The position numbers were made by a program, and so were the translations under genes. A stretch of DNA of 64,000 bases from Candidatus Calditenuis fumarioli (GTDB lineage: Archaea; Thermoproteota; Nitrososphaeria_A; Caldarchaeales; Calditenuaceae): positions 64,001 to 128,000 of the forward strand of contig JANVYR010000002.1 of the NCBI GenBank assembly GCA_030059665.1, read 5' to 3'. Under the pieces are notes generated by a model, which saw only the letters and a list, made by a program, of their open reading frames with translations, did not search any database and had not been told where the DNA came from. The first letter of the stretch is position 1. Every line of letters begins with the position of its first letter. Shown in pieces: positions 35,817-49,396 of this stretch.

Positions 35817-37061
35817 TCACCCGACTATTTTGCCGTAGCCGATCAGCCTCCAGCCGGTTCCGATCTTCCTGCTGATGGTCACCCTGTCGCCCGGTTTGGC
35901 GACCAGCGGTCTGGTCAGCTTGATCTCCAGCCTCTCGGGTGTAACGCTCGTTACCGTTCCGCTAGTGACCGCCGAGTATGAGTTCAGGACTAGCGGCTCC
36001 CTCGGGTTGACCCTCGTCACCTTGACGTCGCCGTCGACCCCCACCACGCGCTCGAAGAGGGTGTACTCCAGCGTCAGCTCCCTCCAGGTTGGCGGAAGGT
36101 GTCCCGGCTTTCCAGCCATGTTCCCGGCGAGGCCGTCCGACTTCGTCAGCACAGGATCCACGTCCGTCTCGATCCCGACCAGCCCACCGCTCGTCGCCTC
36201 CCTCACGCTCTTGTTCCCGGCCTTGATGTGCCTTGCAACGGTGTGTATCGGCTCGTACGGCGAGTTCGGGTCATTCTCCCTTACCGGAAGACCGGGTGCT
36301 ATCTCGATCTCGTCGCCCACCTGCACCTTGCCCTGAACGATTGACCCGCCGATCACGCCTCCCTTTATCGCGGTGGCCAGGGTTCCGGGCAGGTTCACGT
36401 CGAAGGACCTGAGGACCGGCATCAGGAACGGAGCGTCCAGGTTCCTCTTGGGCGTCGGTATGTACTTCTCGATCGAGTAGAGCAGCGCGTCCACACCCAC
36501 TCCCTGCTGTGCCGACACCGGGATCACCACGGGATCGCTGAACCCCTTCTCGGTCACGTAGCTCACTATCTCCTCGTAGTTCTCGATCGCCCTCTTCCGA
36601 TCTACGACGTCGAGCTTGTTCTGGACGAAGACTATCCTCTTCATCCCCATCACCAGCATAGCCTCGAGGTGCTCCCTGTCCTGAGGCTGCGGGAACCTCA
36701 CCCTCGAATCGATGACGAAGATCGCTCCGTCGAATAGCGGGGCTCCGCTGAGCATCGTTATCATCAGCGAGTGGTGGCCGGGGCAGTCGATGAAGGAGAT
36801 CGCCCGCACGAACTCCGTCGGGACGTTGTGCGTCGGACAGACCTCCTGCGTCGTGTAGTTGAAGGGCTCAGCGCACTTGGGGCACCTGTAGATCGCCGCG
36901 TCGGCGTACCCTATCCTGATGGTTATGCCGCGCTTGAGCTCCTCCGAGTGCCTCGCGGTCCAAACGCCCGTTATCGCCTGGACCAGCGTCGTCTTCCCGT
37001 TGTCGACGTGCCCGAGCGTTCCGATGTTGACCTCCGGCTGCCGCGGTAGCGGCTTGCTCAT
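35817..37061 (-). CDS. eif2g: Translation initiation factor 2 gamma subunit
   Basis: GHVDNGKTT, RGITIRIGYA, Zn knuckle, DCPGH, QNKLD, WRLIGYG. Confidence 0.97.
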   Translation of the reverse strand: MSKPLPRQPEVNIGTLGHVDNGKTTLVQAITGVWTARHSEELKRGITIRIGYADAAIYRCPKCAEPFNYTTQEVCPTHNVPTEFVRAISFIDCPGHHSLMITMLSGAPLFDGAIFVIDSRVRFPQPQDREHLEAMLVMGMKRIVFVQNKLDVVDRKRAIENYEEIVSYVTEKGFSDPVVIPVSAQQGVGVDALLYSIEKYIPTPKRNLDAPFLMPVLRSFDVNLPGTLATAIKGGVIGGSIVQGKVQVGDEIEIAPGLPVRENDPNSPYEPIHTVARHIKAGNKSVREATSGGLVGIETDVDPVLTKSDGLAGNMAGKPGHLPPTWRELTLEYTLFERVVGVDGDVKVTRVNPREPLVLNSYSAVTSGTVTSVTPERLEIKLTRPLVAKPGDRVTISRKIGTGWRLIGYGKIVG

Positions 37062-37096
37062 CCCGTGATCCGTCTCGCGTTCCGCTAATAAGTGTC

Positions 37097-37130
37097 CTCC
37101 GATGGGCCTCCGACGGGCAGCTCCGATGGG
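37097..37130 (+). repeat. Three direct copies of CTCCGA(T/C)GGG
   Basis: Copies at 37097-37106, 37108-37117 and 37121-37130. Confidence 0.85.
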
Positions 37131-37178
37131 TCGACGCGAAAGGCGTTTTTACCATGGCCTTGAAAGCTGTTGTAGAGG

Positions 37179-37763
37179 GTGGACCGGTTGAACGGCACGG
37201 CGACGTTCCGGGGGACGGTGACGAAGATAGCGCTCGGGAGGTTGGGCGAGCTGCCTGCTGTGAGGGTCACAGTCACAACTCCGGAGGGGAAATCGGCCGA
37301 CTACTACGTGGCAGATCCGCCGGACTGGCTCGAGGTCGGCGTCAGGGTCGAGGGTTCCTTCAGGGAGGCGATCACCACGAGGGGCGTCAAGAGGGTGGTG
37401 GACTCGATGAGGAGGACAGATGCGGGCCAGGCGTTCGAGCTCGAGGAGGTCGAGATCCGGCAGGTCACCTTCCCGCCCCACGGCCTCACCATCGTCGAGG
37501 GCGTCACCGGCGACGGCAGGGTCTTCAGCGTCACCGTAGACGACCCTGAGGTGGTCGAAGAGCTTAGGATGGGGTTGAGGAGGTCCTTCGCGCTCTTCTC
37601 CAGGTCCGGTGCGGTCAGGCGGCTTGTCGCGCTTCTGCCGTACCGTAGGACCGTCCTCGCCAAGAGGGTCAGGGAGCTCCTCGAGATGATCGCGAGGTCC
37701 GAGCGGTCCTACACCTCCGAGGAGGCCCTTAGGCTTCTCAAGGGATCGAGTGACCGGGACTGA
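37179..37763 (+). CDS. Hypothetical protein
   Basis: Host-like codon usage; beta-rich; no family recognised. Confidence 0.6.
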   Translation: MDRLNGTATFRGTVTKIALGRLGELPAVRVTVTTPEGKSADYYVADPPDWLEVGVRVEGSFREAITTRGVKRVVDSMRRTDAGQAFELEEVEIRQVTFPPHGLTIVEGVTGDGRVFSVTVDDPEVVEELRMGLRRSFALFSRSGAVRRLVALLPYRRTVLAKRVRELLEMIARSERSYTSEEALRLLKGSSDRD

Positions 37764-37831
37764 GCCGCCTGCCGGCCAACGGGTTCGAGGTCAGCGTTAA
37801 GCCACAAAAGTCGGCACCCAGTTTCAATCCT

Positions 37832-38155
37832 GTGGTCTGGAGGGAAATCTGCAGGCTGAGCGAGCTGAGGGAGAACGAGATGAGGAGGGTCGATCTGGAG
37901 GACGCGGAGCTGCTCGTGGTCCGGATCGGCGACCGGGTCTTCGTCACCGACGCGTGGTGCACCCATCAGCGCTCCGACCTGACGCTCGGCATCCTCGAGG
38001 GGAAGAGGGTGAGGTGTGCGCTCCACCAGGCGCTCTTCGACTTGGAGACCGGCGAGGTCCTCGAGGGCCCGTCCGGCGAGCCGCCTTCCTCCATCAGACC
38101 CCTCAGGACCTATCGCGTCAGGGTTGAGGGCGACGTGGTTCTCGCGGACCTCTGA
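37832..38155 (+). CDS. Rieske-type [2Fe-2S] ferredoxin
   Basis: CTH...CALH ligands and FDLETG. Confidence 0.9.
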   Translation: MVWREICRLSELRENEMRRVDLEDAELLVVRIGDRVFVTDAWCTHQRSDLTLGILEGKRVRCALHQALFDLETGEVLEGPSGEPPSSIRPLRTYRVRVEGDVVLADL

Positions 38156-38217
38156 CCGACGACCGCGTGGGCAGGGCACAGTATTATACGAGGTCGTGCG
38201 TCCGTGGATGACCGAGC

Positions 38218-39453
38218 ATGTCCTCGTACGAGTACCTGGAGAGAGGCCCCTGGCGCGGAGACAGGTGGTGGGTCACGCACCTCAATTACGCCGATGAGGT
38301 GGTCTCCCAGTTCAGCTTCCCGAACAAGATCGTAATCCACGACGTCACGCTCCGGGACGGAGAGCAGACGCCCGGCGTGGTCCTGAAGATGGAGGAGAAG
38401 GTGGAGATCGCGAGGGCCCTCGACGAGGCCGGCGTCGACAGGATCGAGGCTGGGATGCCCGTCGTCTCGGAGGAGGACTTCCAGGCGATAAGGGAGATCT
38501 CGAGGCTTGGGCTGAGCGCCAAGGTCTTCGGCTTCGGCCGGATCAGGACCGAGGACATCGATGCTTGCCTGAAGGCCGACGTGGACGGCGTCATCACCGA
38601 GGGACCGGTGGGATACCCGAAGCTCAGGTACCAGTTCGGGTGGACTCCTGAGCAGCTGGTGGAGTCCGCTGTGCGGGCCATCGACTACGCCAAGGACCAC
38701 GGCCTCCAGACGATATTCTTCACCGTCGACGGAACGAGGGCTGACCTGGGATTCCTAACGGAGCTCCTACAGCGCCTCGAGCGGGAGACTAAGGTCGACG
38801 GCTTCACCATCGCAGACACCTACGGCTCTCTGACGCCGGAGGCCGCGAGGTTCCTCTTCAGGCACCTGAGGTCGAGGCTCTCGAGGCCGCTCGAGTTCCA
38901 CGGCCACAACGACTTCGGCCTAGCGACGGCCACCAGCATCGCGGCCCTCTCGGCAGGCGCTGAGGTGGTCCACGTGAGCGTCAACGGGATCGGCGAGCGC
39001 GCCGGCAACGCCTCCCTTGAGGAGGTGGTACTCTCGCTCCACCTGCTGTACGGCCAGCGGACCAACGTCAAGCTCGAGCGGCTCTACGGGCTCTCGAAGC
39101 TGGTGGAACGCCTGACGGGCTTCAGGCTGGCACCGAACAAGGCCGTCGTCGGCGATCGCGTCTTCACCCGGGAGTCCGGGATAGGCGTGGCCGGGTGGCT
39201 GAAGTACCCGCTGGGGAGCGAGGCCTTCAGCCCCGAGCTGGTCGGCAACAGGCCCGCGGTCATAATAGGGAAGAAGAGCGGACGTCACGCGCTGGAGTAC
39301 AAGCTGAGGGAGCTGGGCGTCGGCAACCGACTCAGCGAGGAGAAGCTCGAGGCGATATTGAGGGAGGTCAAGCGGCGCAGCCTGGAGAAGAAGGGCCCGC
39401 TCACCGACGAGGAGCTCCTGGAGATCGTCAACTCCGTCGCGGTCACCGCCTGA
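38218..39453 (+). CDS. LeuA/homocitrate synthase-family (DRE-TIM) acyltransferase without regulatory domain
   Basis: HDVTLRDGEQ, FHGHNDFG, GIGERAGNA. Confidence 0.85.
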   Translation: MSSYEYLERGPWRGDRWWVTHLNYADEVVSQFSFPNKIVIHDVTLRDGEQTPGVVLKMEEKVEIARALDEAGVDRIEAGMPVVSEEDFQAIREISRLGLSAKVFGFGRIRTEDIDACLKADVDGVITEGPVGYPKLRYQFGWTPEQLVESAVRAIDYAKDHGLQTIFFTVDGTRADLGFLTELLQRLERETKVDGFTIADTYGSLTPEAARFLFRHLRSRLSRPLEFHGHNDFGLATATSIAALSAGAEVVHVSVNGIGERAGNASLEEVVLSLHLLYGQRTNVKLERLYGLSKLVERLTGFRLAPNKAVVGDRVFTRESGIGVAGWLKYPLGSEAFSPELVGNRPAVIIGKKSGRHALEYKLRELGVGNRLSEEKLEAILREVKRRSLEKKGPLTDEELLEIVNSVAVTA

Positions 39454-39557
39454 TCCACCTCCTCCAGTCCCTCACCCATCCGAGCCTGCCAGTCCCCCGC
39501 CATCCATAACCAACTTATGTCATGATTTATCTCAGGCCGGACCGCTCTGGTGGCGAG

Positions 39558-40358
39558 ATGGTCTTCAGACCCGTCCCGGAGTCGGAGATCACCAGGGCGA
39601 TAGCCACCTCCTTCATCGAGATGTTCAACGAGTTCGCGCTGAGCGACGTGATCGTCGTGGGCGCAGGGCCTGCGGGTCTTATGGCGAGCAGAGAACTGGC
39701 GAGGCGCGGCGTGAAGGTCCTGGTGATCGAGCAGAACAACTACCTCGGCGGCGGCTTCTGGCTCGGAGGCTACCTGATGAACCCGGTCACGGTCCGGGAG
39801 CCGGCACAGGAGATCTTCGACGAGCTCGGCGTCCCCTACCGGAAGTTCTCCGAAGGCCTCTACGTCGCCCACGGCCCCCACGCCTGCTCGAAGCTGATAG
39901 CCGCTGCCTGCGACGCCGGCGTCAGGTTCCTGAACATGACCAAGCTGGACGACCTGATCGTGAGGGACGGCCGCGTCTCGGGCGTTGTCGTCAACTGGAC
40001 GCCCGTGGAGGCCCTGCCGAGGCAGATAACCTGCGTCGATCCGATAGCGCTCGAGTCCAAGATCGTCATCGACGCCTCCGGGCACGACGCCGTCGCCGTC
40101 AGGAGGCTCGAGGCCAGGGGATACGTCAAGACGAAGGGGATGGGAGCGATGTGGGTCGAGCGTTCGGAGGACGCTGTCGTGGAGCACACGGGCTTCGTCT
40201 ACCCCGGGCTGATCGTGGCAGGCATGGCCGTTGTGGAGACCTTCGGTCTGCCGAGGATGGGCCCGACCTTCGGCGCCATGCTCCTGTCGGGGAAGAGGGC
40301 CGCGGAGGTGGCCCTGAGGGAGCTCGAGGCGATGGAGGCTAAGGCCGTAAGGACCTGA
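39558..40358 (+). CDS. thi4: Thiazole synthase Thi4
   Basis: [34 protein letters not shown]. Confidence 0.95.
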   Translation: MVFRPVPESEITRAIATSFIEMFNEFALSDVIVVGAGPAGLMASRELARRGVKVLVIEQNNYLGGGFWLGGYLMNPVTVREPAQEIFDELGVPYRKFSEGLYVAHGPHACSKLIAAACDAGVRFLNMTKLDDLIVRDGRVSGVVVNWTPVEALPRQITCVDPIALESKIVIDASGHDAVAVRRLEARGYVKTKGMGAMWVERSEDAVVEHTGFVYPGLIVAGMAVVETFGLPRMGPTFGAMLLSGKRAAEVALRELEAMEAKAVRT

Positions 40359-40371
40359 TGAGAGCTGCGCC

Positions 40372-41170
40372 TTGGCTGGTACCTCCCGGAAGCTCGTGCT
40401 CTACGCCGATCCCTCTTCTCCGACCCTGAACGTCTCCGAGATCGCGGAATTCATCCGGTCCGAGATACCGTCGATCGAGGTTGAGGTCCGGCGGGACGTC
40501 TTCACCCACTTCCGGGGGACGTACGACCCGGAGCGAATAGCCCGTAGGCTCGCCTCCATTAGGATCACCGACCCGGTTACCGGTGCCCTCAACGACGACC
40601 CCCTTCCGCTGGAGGTGGAGTACGAGCTGAGGCGCGTCCTGAACCCTGCCCTGAGGTGCCACGGCGTTCTGTACGACGGTTACGAGCTGATGGCGCTCCT
40701 CCGCGACATGATACCGCCTCAGGAGATGAGCAGGAACGTCCTCCACCTCGTCTTCACGGGCAGGCTCGTCGGGACTAGGGAGCTGGGAGAGGACAGGGTC
40801 CACGCTCGGGTCGTGATCCTCGGCAACCCCGCCATAGCCTCCACGAGCGGCGCCGTGGAGGCCCCCGCGAGGCCGCGGGAGTACTACCTGAGCCGTCTGA
40901 CGACCGCCAACCCGCTGCTCCAGGAGCTTCTGGTCTCAGCAGGGAAGGCATCCGGTGGATGGGACTGGCTCGAGCACGACGACCCTCGCCTGACGGAGGT
41001 GATGAAGGGCTATGCGCTCCAGGCTGTCTTCTACTTCTTCCTCGGTGAGGCTTTCTGCGACGACGCGGACTGCAGGCTCTTCAACGCCCATCGCCAGTCA
41101 GAGCTGATAAGGGCCCAGCTGCTGAGCGGAAAGCTCTGCAACAAACACCGAGTGATGCTCGAGGGGTTTC

Positions 41171-41190
<20 letters not shown>
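40372..41190 (+). CDS. Conserved archaeal protein, putative metallopeptidase (DUF6775-like)
   Basis: GAVEAPARPREYY, FCDDADCRLFNAHRQ, LCNKH. Confidence 0.65.
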
Positions 41191-44965
<3,775 letters not shown>

Positions 44966-44966
44966 C

Positions 44967-47900
44967 TCACACCACCTCCTCCAGGACCACCTTCGGATAG
45001 ATGCCCATCGAGAGGAGCTCGTTCAGGAGTAGGTAGAACGCGTACGACAGCGTCACGAGCTTCGCAGGCGGGTTCTTGCCGTGTATCGGGCACACGAGCC
45101 TCTCCTGCTTCAGGTCGTAGTAGGCCGCAAGCCCGCACTTCTCGCAGAAGTAGACCGAGTACTTGTCGCTCTGCTCCAGCATCCGGTCCAGAAGCAGGTA
45201 GCTCGCTCCGTACGCGAGCAGACAGTCCCTCTCCATCTCCCCGAACTTCAGCCCTCCTCCCCTCGCCCTACCCTCCGTCGGCTGACGGGTGAGCATCTGG
45301 ACCTGTCCTCTCGACCTGGCGTGGATCTTGTCCCTGACGAGGTGATGGAGCCTCTGGTAGAAGGTGACGCCGATGAAGATCTCCACCTCGTAACGTCTTC
45401 CTGTGAGGCCGTCGTACATCACCTCGGTTCCCGAGCTCTTGAAGCCCAGCGCCTCCAGCTCGGCCCTGATCTCCTCCAGCGGCTTCCCGATGAAGGGCGA
45501 TCCATCGATGAACTCCGCCTTCAGGGCACCGAGCTTCCCAGCCAGGCTCTCGATCAGCTGGCCGACGGTCATCCTCGACGGGAAAGCGTGCGGGTTGATG
45601 ATCAGGTCCGGAACGATGCCGCTCGCGGTGTAGGGCATGTCCGCCTGCCGGAAGACCATGCCGATCACGCCCTTCTGGCCGTGCCTCGACGCGAACTTGT
45701 CACCTATTTCGGGGAAGCACATCGCTCTGACCCTCGGCTTGACGAGCGTGTTCCCCTCCGTGGTGCGCGAGATGAAGACCTCGTCGAGCGTCCCAACCTC
45801 GGACGGCCTCACCGCCTCGGAGGCGTCGCGCCAGATCATCTCCCTCGCCGAGGCCCTGACGTACTCCTCCAAGAACCTGGGAGGGCTGACGACCCCGACC
45901 ATCACCATGCCCCCGGTCAGCTCCGACTCAGGAAGCGCTATCCCGTCCCTGTCGAGGGCCCTGTAGTACGCCTCGCCCCTGTAACCGCGGACGCTCGGGT
46001 CCGGTATCGTGATCCTGTCCTTCTCTCCTCCCAAGTACTGCCTCGCCTCGACCTCATAGGTCCTGTAGCTGATCGTGAGCGCCAGACCCCGCTCTATCGC
46101 GGATTTGTTCAGCACCACCGCGTCCTCGATGTTGTAACCGTAACCCGTCAGGATGGCCACGACGAAGTTCTGGCCGATGGGCCTCTCGTCGAGCCCGAGC
46201 AGCTCCATCGTCTTGGTCCTGACGAGCGCCTTCTGCGGGTAGATCATCAGGTGTAACCTGCTGTCGGTCCTGAGCTCGTACGTGACCAGTGGCAGCCCCA
46301 GCGCCTGCTTCGCCATCGAGGCCTCGTACACGTTCCTCGGAGACTGGTTGTGGTTGCTGTAGGGTATGATCCCCGCAACCGCTCCCAGCATGAGCAGCGG
46401 GCTTATCTCGGCGTGCGTGTGCTCCTCCGTCAGCTCGTTGGGGTTGATCGCGACGAGAGCGTTCTCCTCCTCCGCCGCGTCGAGGAACTCGATCACCCCT
46501 ACCGATAGCAGATCCCTGGCCTTCAGGGTCCCCTGTGCGATCGACTCGACCATCTGGCGCTTGAGCAGCAGCTGTCCCCTCTCCACCACCAGCAGAGGCC
46601 TCCTCACCCTGCCCTCGTCCGTGTAGATCTCCACCTCCTGGAAGCCCTCGTACTCCCGAACGACGAAGTTGACGGACTGGCTTATCTCGCCGGCCCTCCT
46701 CATCCGCCGGAGCTCCTCCACCAGGCGCCTGCCATCGGGGTGGTATCCGATCAGTTCGCTGTTGATGTAGACCTTCGCCCTCAGGTCCTTCCTCTTCGTC
46801 CTCCGCTCGAGGACGCTCATCAGGCTCACGAGCCCCAGCTTCAGCAGCTTCCCCCTCAGCTCGCTCTCCTCTTCCTCCGTCAGCGGCACCGTTATCTCAG
46901 CGCCAAGGGCCAGGTTCTTCACGAGCCCGGCGTTCGCTCCCTCAGGGGTCTCCGCAGGGCATATCCTCCCCCAGTGGGTGCCGTGGAGGTCCCTCGCCTC
47001 GAAGTGGGGCTGGCTCCTGCTCAGCGGGCTCTGGACCCTCCTCAGGTGACCGATGGTCGCGAGGTAGTTGGTCCTGTTCAGGATCTGCGTTACTCCCACC
47101 CTCCCTCCCGGCCAGTTGCCGGTCGAGAAGGCCGTGAGGACCGTGTCGTTCACGATCCCAGGTCTGATGAAGGTGGAGAGCGTGATCGGTTGCCTCGTGA
47201 TCAGCACCCTCTCCAGCTGGTACCTGAGGTCCCTGACCAGCTTGTTCAGCGCGGCCCGATAGAGCTCCGTCAGCAGCGGGGACTCCATCTTGATCCTCTT
47301 GTTCGCGTAGTGGTCCTTGTCGTCCGGCTTCCTGAGACCAGCAGCGGCCTCCAGCATCCTCCCCACCATCTCGCACAGCAGTATGCCCTTCCTGAACCGG
47401 GCGTCCTTCGTGGTCCCCACGTGCACAAGGAAGTTGTTGTCGATCATCTGCTCCGCCCGCTCGGTCCTGAACTCCTCCGCGTATCCGTAGGCGATCCTGT
47501 TGCCGATGTACCTCATGGCCTCCTGGGGCGTCTCGATGCCCTCCGCCTCCATGAAGCTCGGTATCAGCATCTCCTGCACCTCCGGCACGCTCGAGACGAA
47601 CTCCACGATCTGCTTGTCGTTCGTGAAGCCCAGCGCCCTCAGCATGATTATCAGCGGTATGCCCTTGTGTATCTTCGCGAAGAAGACCCTGACAGGCCCT
47701 CCTGGCTTGTAGGTCACCTCCACCTTGCTCTGCTTCCCGTAGGCTATCGAGATGAGGGTGGCCGAGTACTGCGGCGTGCTGTCCTGCTCCTTGACCGTCA
47801 CCAGTATCTTGTTGGGCGCCAGGTCCTCGATCGGTACGATCACCCGCTCCGCGCCGTTGATGATGAAGTAGCCTCCGGGGTCCCTGGGGTCCTCACCGAT

Positions 47901-48347
47901 CGCGAGGAGCTCCTCGTCGGTCATCTTGCTCAGCGGGCATATCGAGGACTTCACCATGATCGGTATGATGCCTAGCTGGACGCGCTCCCCCTTGACGATC
48001 TCCCTGTCGTCGAGCTTCAGCGTAACCTTCGCGTAGATCGGTGCCACGTAGCTGAGGTTCCGGAGCCTGCACTCGTTGGGCGTCACGTTGTGCCTCTCAG
48101 AACCGTCGACCTCCCTCACCGTCGGCGGCCCTATCTCGACGCCGGAGAAGATCAGCTGCGCCACGCCGTGCTTCGTCTTGATCTCTATCGGGCTCATGCT
48201 CCTCAGCAGCTTCATCAGCCCCTCCCGGACGAAGTACTCGTAGGACCTGAAGTGGTGCGCCACAAGCCCCTCCTCCTCGACCACGGCCCTCGCGACGGTC
48301 CAGAGCTGCTCGTCCGTGAAGACCTCCTGCTGAGCTTTCGCCTTCAT
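44967..48347 (-). CDS. rpoB: RNA polymerase subunit B (Rpo2, unsplit)
   Basis: ETPEG, GDKFASRHGQKG, GGLKFGEMERD. Confidence 0.98.
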   Translation of the reverse strand: MKAKAQQEVFTDEQLWTVARAVVEEEGLVAHHFRSYEYFVREGLMKLLRSMSPIEIKTKHGVAQLIFSGVEIGPPTVREVDGSERHNVTPNECRLRNLSYVAPIYAKVTLKLDDREIVKGERVQLGIIPIMVKSSICPLSKMTDEELLAIGEDPRDPGGYFIINGAERVIVPIEDLAPNKILVTVKEQDSTPQYSATLISIAYGKQSKVEVTYKPGGPVRVFFAKIHKGIPLIIMLRALGFTNDKQIVEFVSSVPEVQEMLIPSFMEAEGIETPQEAMRYIGNRIAYGYAEEFRTERAEQMIDNNFLVHVGTTKDARFRKGILLCEMVGRMLEAAAGLRKPDDKDHYANKRIKMESPLLTELYRAALNKLVRDLRYQLERVLITRQPITLSTFIRPGIVNDTVLTAFSTGNWPGGRVGVTQILNRTNYLATIGHLRRVQSPLSRSQPHFEARDLHGTHWGRICPAETPEGANAGLVKNLALGAEITVPLTEEEESELRGKLLKLGLVSLMSVLERRTKRKDLRAKVYINSELIGYHPDGRRLVEELRRMRRAGEISQSVNFVVREYEGFQEVEIYTDEGRVRRPLLVVERGQLLLKRQMVESIAQGTLKARDLLSVGVIEFLDAAEEENALVAINPNELTEEHTHAEISPLLMLGAVAGIIPYSNHNQSPRNVYEASMAKQALGLPLVTYELRTDSRLHLMIYPQKALVRTKTMELLGLDERPIGQNFVVAILTGYGYNIEDAVVLNKSAIERGLALTISYRTYEVEARQYLGGEKDRITIPDPSVRGYRGEAYYRALDRDGIALPESELTGGMVMVGVVSPPRFLEEYVRASAREMIWRDASEAVRPSEVGTLDEVFISRTTEGNTLVKPRVRAMCFPEIGDKFASRHGQKGVIGMVFRQADMPYTASGIVPDLIINPHAFPSRMTVGQLIESLAGKLGALKAEFIDGSPFIGKPLEEIRAELEALGFKSSGTEVMYDGLTGRRYEVEIFIGVTFYQRLHHLVRDKIHARSRGQVQMLTRQPTEGRARGGGLKFGEMERDCLLAYGASYLLLDRMLEQSDKYSVYFCEKCGLAAYYDLKQERLVCPIHGKNPPAKLVTLSYAFYLLLNELLSMGIYPKVVLEEVV

Positions 48348-48676
48348 GCCTCGTCCACCACCCGGTAGTACACCGTGACGCCAGCGGTCGGTGAGGTCCT
48401 CGTGATCTTGATCACGTCTCCCGGCCTGGCTCCGAGCTTACGCACCACCGGATCCGACGTGAGTATCTTCGGTAGCTGCGTCCTGGTCGTTTTGTAACGC
48501 CTTAGGACCTCTTCCTGCTCCTGCTCCGAGAGCAGCTCGTGCACCAGCCTCCAACCGAAGACCTCCAGCTCCACCACCCGCGGCCTCTCCTGTGCGGCCT
48601 CCTTGGGCCTCTCCGCCTCCGGAGAGGGCTTCTCCTTCTTGGCCTTCGACCTGGATGAGACCCGAGCCGAGGACAT
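48344..48676 (-). CDS. rpoH: RNA polymerase subunit H (Rpo5) with charged N-terminal extension
   Basis: VHELL, QLPKILTSDPVV, GDVIKITRTSPTAG..YYRVV. Confidence 0.93.
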   Translation of the reverse strand: MSSARVSSRSKAKKEKPSPEAERPKEAAQERPRVVELEVFGWRLVHELLSEQEQEEVLRRYKTTRTQLPKILTSDPVVRKLGARPGDVIKITRTSPTAGVTVYYRVVDEA

Positions 48677-48800
48677 AATATCCCCCAGATGCACTTGGGA
48701 GAAGTGATCTCAGCCCTTTTATCAAGTTATGTTGTGCCCCCGCAAGGTTCCGTAAAACCTTATCACAAGATCGAGACGACGGGGACAGAGGTCGGGGGCT

Positions 48801-49298
48801 TTGGAGGTCGTAAGGGCGAACGACGCGCTGTACCGGCTCAGGCCGGTCACGGAGGACGAGATCCTCGAGGTGATGAACGTCAACCGGCTCACGCTCCCGG
48901 AGAACTACACCTACTCCTTCTTCTACAGCATCGCCAAGAGCTTCCCCAGCAGCTTCATCGTGGCCGAGCACGAGGGGAGGATCGTCGGGTACGTCATGTG
49001 CCGCGTCGAGCGGGGCTTCTCGAAGCTGGGAGGCCTCCGGTTCAGGAAGCTGGGGCACGTCATCTCAATCGCCGTGTTGCCGGAGCACAGGAGGAGGGGT
49101 CTGGGGAGGGCGCTGATGCTCGAGGCGATGAGGGCGCTGAAGGGCGAGTACGGATGCGACGAGATCTACCTGGAGGTGCGGGTCTCGAACTACCCTGCGA
49201 TCAACCTGTACAAGTCGCTCGGCCTGAAGGTCGTCGACGTCATCAAGCACTACTACCTCGACGGCGAGGACGCCTACGTCATGGCGGCCGAGCTCTGA
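48801..49298 (+). CDS. N-terminal acetyltransferase (Ard1/RimI)
   Basis: LPENY, GHVISIAV, RRRGLG, LEVRVSN, YYLDGEDAYVM. Confidence 0.93.
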   Translation: MEVVRANDALYRLRPVTEDEILEVMNVNRLTLPENYTYSFFYSIAKSFPSSFIVAEHEGRIVGYVMCRVERGFSKLGGLRFRKLGHVISIAVLPEHRRRGLGRALMLEAMRALKGEYGCDEIYLEVRVSNYPAINLYKSLGLKVVDVIKHYYLDGEDAYVMAAEL

Positions 49299-49305
49299 AG
49301 GCGCG

Positions 49306-49396
49306 GTATCCCGGTCAGGACAGCGTCAACCAGGAGGAAGGACGGCGTGGTCAAGGAAATCAAGGTGCTCGTATCCCGGTCAGGACGGCGTCAACC
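49306..49396. repeat. 26-bp direct repeat pair separated by 39 bp
   Basis: GTATCCCGGTCAGGACAGCGTCAACC (49306-49331) and GTATCCCGGTCAGGACGGCGTCAACC (49371-49396), one mismatch. Confidence 0.9.

Noticed and set aside
39454-39557. TPP riboswitch upstream of thi4
   Set aside because: No CTGAGA or other TPP consensus elements.
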